Assembly: GCF_963921235.1 (NCBI RefSeq)
Contig: NC_086108.1
Span: forward strand, 83,950,001 to 84,014,000
From: Mobula hypostoma
Taxonomy: Eukaryota
DNA: 64,000 nt
Direction: 5' to 3'
Part shown: positions 60,708-64,000 of the stretch, one piece after another
Layout: each line of letters opens with the position of its first letter
How positions within the stretch are numbered: the first letter of the stretch is position 1
The notes under the pieces: generated by a model
The model's database searches: none
Told to the model about the DNA's origin: nothing
What the model saw: only the letters and a program-made list of their open reading frames with translations
Program-made: the position numbers and the translations under genes

Positions 60708-60745
60708 CAATCCTGACGAAGGGTTCCAGCCCAAAACGTTGACTG
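60708..60745 (+). ncRNA. Hammerhead motif, G12A variant
   Basis: caatc-CTGACGA-a-gggt tcca gccc-AAAAC-GTT-gactg. Confidence 0.65.
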
Positions 60746-62714
60746 ATCATTTCCACCGATGCTGCCTGAACTGCTGAGTTCCTCCAGCATGTTGGAAGTG
60801 TTGCTTTGACCCCACCATCTGCAGAGTATTTTGTGTTTACCTTTGTAGCATGACAGAGGAACGTTGTTTCGTTTGGTTGTATACATGTCTATGGTTGAAT
60901 GACAATAAACTTGAACTGAAACTTGAATGAGGTGTGATTCAGACTTTAGTGGTGTTCTAAGCTTTGTTTAAGATTAGCCATCTCTCTATTCCTAAAATCT
61001 AACAATGTGTTAAAACTAGATTAAGTAAACGAAATACTTGTTTCAGCTTCGGCCTAAAACTTAGCTCCACGACCCACACTTAATTTAATATTTTGTACAA
61101 TATTCTTGTTAGATGTTTTGGCAGTTTCTCACATTCTATTTTGATTTGGCCTCTCTGTCTGCTCAATCTTTACTATTTTACTATCTTCACATTACTATTG
61201 CTGGAGACCCACTCGACAGTGAACAATGTCAAGAGGAGCAAAATAAATGTCAGAAATCTTTAGATCATTATGGCTAACTTAAAGGAGTATCTTCTTTTCA
61301 GACGTTGATCACAGACTGAGGAGAATTGCCTAATCATCAGTTACTCACTTTGACCATTCCGTCTTATGTCCATTGTTATTTAGTGCAATATGCAACATTA
61401 CTTCATCGTTAAGCTGGAACTGCCCTCAAGTATTGGAATTATGGTGTACTATTCACTGAAGGAAAATTTTCAATGGACATTTAGAAATGAGTCTTATTAC
61501 CAGGGTCAAAGGTGAAATGCATTGCAAAAGCAGTCTGTTTTTCATGAGTATATGGCAAATTTACCACAGGCAATTATGCCCTTCTAAGGGAGACGAGGGA
61601 CAATTACATCCTACTTATTACTGTGTAGAAAGTGAGAGGTCAGTTTTCTATCACAGTAAGGGTTTGTTTATCTCTCTGAGTCAGTCAATTTCCAGGGCAA
61701 AATTCCTCAAGTGCAATTGGTAAGAATGTCTTGACAGAATCTTTAATAAGTACAACCACTGTCTTCCAGACATCACAGACCTCTGACTCAAGTAACCCCA
61801 CAAAACCTATATTTAACCAGCATGGCAATGATTTCAAACATTCAAGTTGTGCATTAGAATGAATTCTTCAAGCTAGTTACAGTATTGTGAAACTGCCACA
61901 CAGCCACAAGAAAGAACAAGGGAATTGATAACTTTAATACAATTGGTGAAGGAATTTAATGAGTTAGCAGGGGAAAGTAAAACACTTGAGAAGAATGCTT
62001 CATCTCAATATCAAGCAGTGAAATCTTGATTTTTATGGGTTTAGACAGGTAGCCTCTTCATGCAGCAGGTAAAACTTATTTTCCAGTTTCACACAATAAT
62101 CTACTCTCAAAATATTTGAATATCTAGATGAACACTTGGATCATCAAGCCACTGAAATCAATGAACTATATCCTGGTCAATTAGTATAGAAAGATACTTG
62201 ATGGTCAACGTGGACGTGAAGGGCACGCCATTGTGCTGTACGACTTTTTGAGAACATAATCATATTCAGCAGTCTGATACTACAATTAGATCTTGCTCAC
62301 GAGCTGCAAACCAGGTTGAAGCTCCCACATCAGATTTGTGCATGTTATAGCAGTAAATTTTCATTTTTACTAGAAATATGATTCTTAGGTTTAACATCAT
62401 TAGTAGGACCTATAAAAGGGGCCTATGTTCCTTATGAGCAAGTTTTCCTTGTGTGTGAGTGTGTCCATGTTTGCCCAGTAATGGAATCCATAGATCAAAC
62501 TGATAACTTTTGTAGATGTACTGGAATTAGTTTGAAATGTATAGCATAGAATCTGAATTTTTGGACAGTTCCATCACACAACTAGTCCTGCACATGTATT
62601 TCCTCCCATCTTACATTTTGTAATAATACTTGCAGATCCCTCTGACCTTTCTCCCTCATTCACTTAACTACTTTCCTCCTGTATGTATCTACATTAATTG
62701 TCATAGCTATTTCT

Positions 62715-63326
62715 TTCTTTTTAAATCTTTTTATTGAATTAGTACACAAAAGGTAAACCATATAGGCACTAATACACTGTTGCAATATAACTTTACAAAA
62801 GATATTAATACACAAAAAATAGTATAAGCAGTGCAGTTTAGATATAAAATAACAAGGTAATATAATAGTATACTAATTTTCATACATATCAATAAGGAAA
62901 AGAAAAAAAAAACCCAGAAAACTCAAAAAAAAACCCCACCGTGCAACTAACCTAAAAAGCAAAGCAAAGCAATGGGCTAACTAGGAATCAAGTAGAGTTA
63001 AACAACTTAAAACAATCACGTCCTCAAACCCGACCTCCATTAAAAAGTTAAAAAGCAAGAAGGGAATGTAAATATGGACAGAGAGAAAAAAAAATTACAT
63101 TAAATGAAAATGTTGAATAAAAGATCTCCAGGTCTGTTCAACTTTAGCTGAAGAATCATAAAGATTACTTCTAATTTTCTCCAAATTTAAACATAGTATC
63201 CTCTGGGAAAACCAAAAGAACTTAGTTGGAACATTAGTCTCCTTCCAATGTTGTAAAATACATCTTTTCGCCATCAAAGTAAGAAATGCAATCATTCTAC
63301 GGGCTGAAGGAGGAAGACTACTGGAA
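62715..63326 (-). mobile_element. L1-clade LINE 3' end with 15-bp TSD
   Basis: IAFLTLMAKRCILQHWK...CLNLEKIR...TWRSFI is typical of fish-type L1 ORF2 C-termini; AATAAA + A-rich tail on the minus strand; gtcatagctatttct at 62700-62714 and 63327-63341. Confidence 0.9.
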
Positions 63327-63789
63327 GTCATAGCTATTTCTGATGGAAGTAGGTTATACTCGCAATTGCAGCCTGGCTTAGAAAGATATCACCTATCACT
63401 GTTTGACCTCCTTATTGCAGATGGATGAGGATCAGGCTTAAGTTACAAACTATCAAACAAATTTGAAAAAACTAAGCAGGTAAATAACTGTACCAACCTG
63501 CTCTGAACAGTATGCACAGGGATAGTACGTCATTCTCCTCAAAATGTTAAAATAATTAAACTTAATATTTGTCACACAGGATTGAACACCATCACAATCT
63601 CTTGGTTGGTTTCATAAACATGGTAGCCAATGTTTGATCAGAGCTCATGTTTATTACATTCAAGGTGAAGGTCCTAATTGCACTGGAGATATCTCAAAAC
63701 AGAAATGCATAAAATAGTTATTTAGGAATCTATCCTTGATTGGTTCCAATTCTTCCAGAACTTTCCTGTACAGGAGGTACAGTGGCTGT

Positions 63790-63912
63790 CCTTGGTTTGA
63801 TTTATTATTGCCACATGTATCAAGATTCAGTGAAAAGCTTGTCTTGCATATTGTTTATACAGATCAGATCATTACACAGTGTACTGAGCCAGAATAAGGA
63901 AAAACAATAACC
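63790..63912 (-). mobile_element. Rex1 3' tail fragment
   Basis: tttattattgccacatgtatcaagattcagtgaaaagcttgtcttgcata, same as 28238-28290 and 54703-54750. Confidence 0.75.
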
Positions 63913-64000
63913 TAGGAACACGAAGCTCTCAACCACAGCACCACTGATATCCACAGGAGCATGTACACCACCATCCTTTCTGAAGTCAATGAGCAGCTAT

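Larger units (their letters stand above)
60272..60837. mobile_element. Short PLE insertion (second subfamily) with inverted arms and 14-bp TSD
   Basis: Minus arm 60272-~60700 including GIY-YIG C-terminal remnant; plus arm ~60705-60837 with tail; tacctttatagcat (60258-60271) / tacctttgtagcat (60838-60851). Confidence 0.9.

Overview
Repeat-rich, apparently non-coding vertebrate DNA. The repeat repertoire (HER1-like CR1 LINEs, V-domain SINEs, DeuSINEs, Rex1/Babar, RTE, L1-clade and Penelope-like elements) points to a cartilaginous fish; this is inference. I can support no intact host gene, rRNA/tRNA gene or CRISPR array. Every long ORF belongs to a disrupted retrotransposon: two large CR1 copies (23297-26808 +, 28640-31474 -) and a Penelope-like element (PLE; RT + GIY-YIG, 12547-15773). 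The most notable hidden structure is a minimal type I hammerhead ribozyme motif (helix I - CUGANGA - helix II - GAAACGUC - helix I) in the PLE terminal repeat, recognisable in at least 9 copies, one fully canonical (12637-12672, - strand). The PLE insertions form long inverted repeats, several have 9-15 bp target-site duplications (TSDs), they share a defined terminus with an optional tail, and they include very small hammerhead-centred derivatives. A CpG-retaining, LINE-poor domain of about 8.5 kb (~42500-51050) and several homeodomain/Sox-motif-rich unique blocks suggest a regulatory landscape of a gene not visible in the window. Boundaries of old repeats are approximate.
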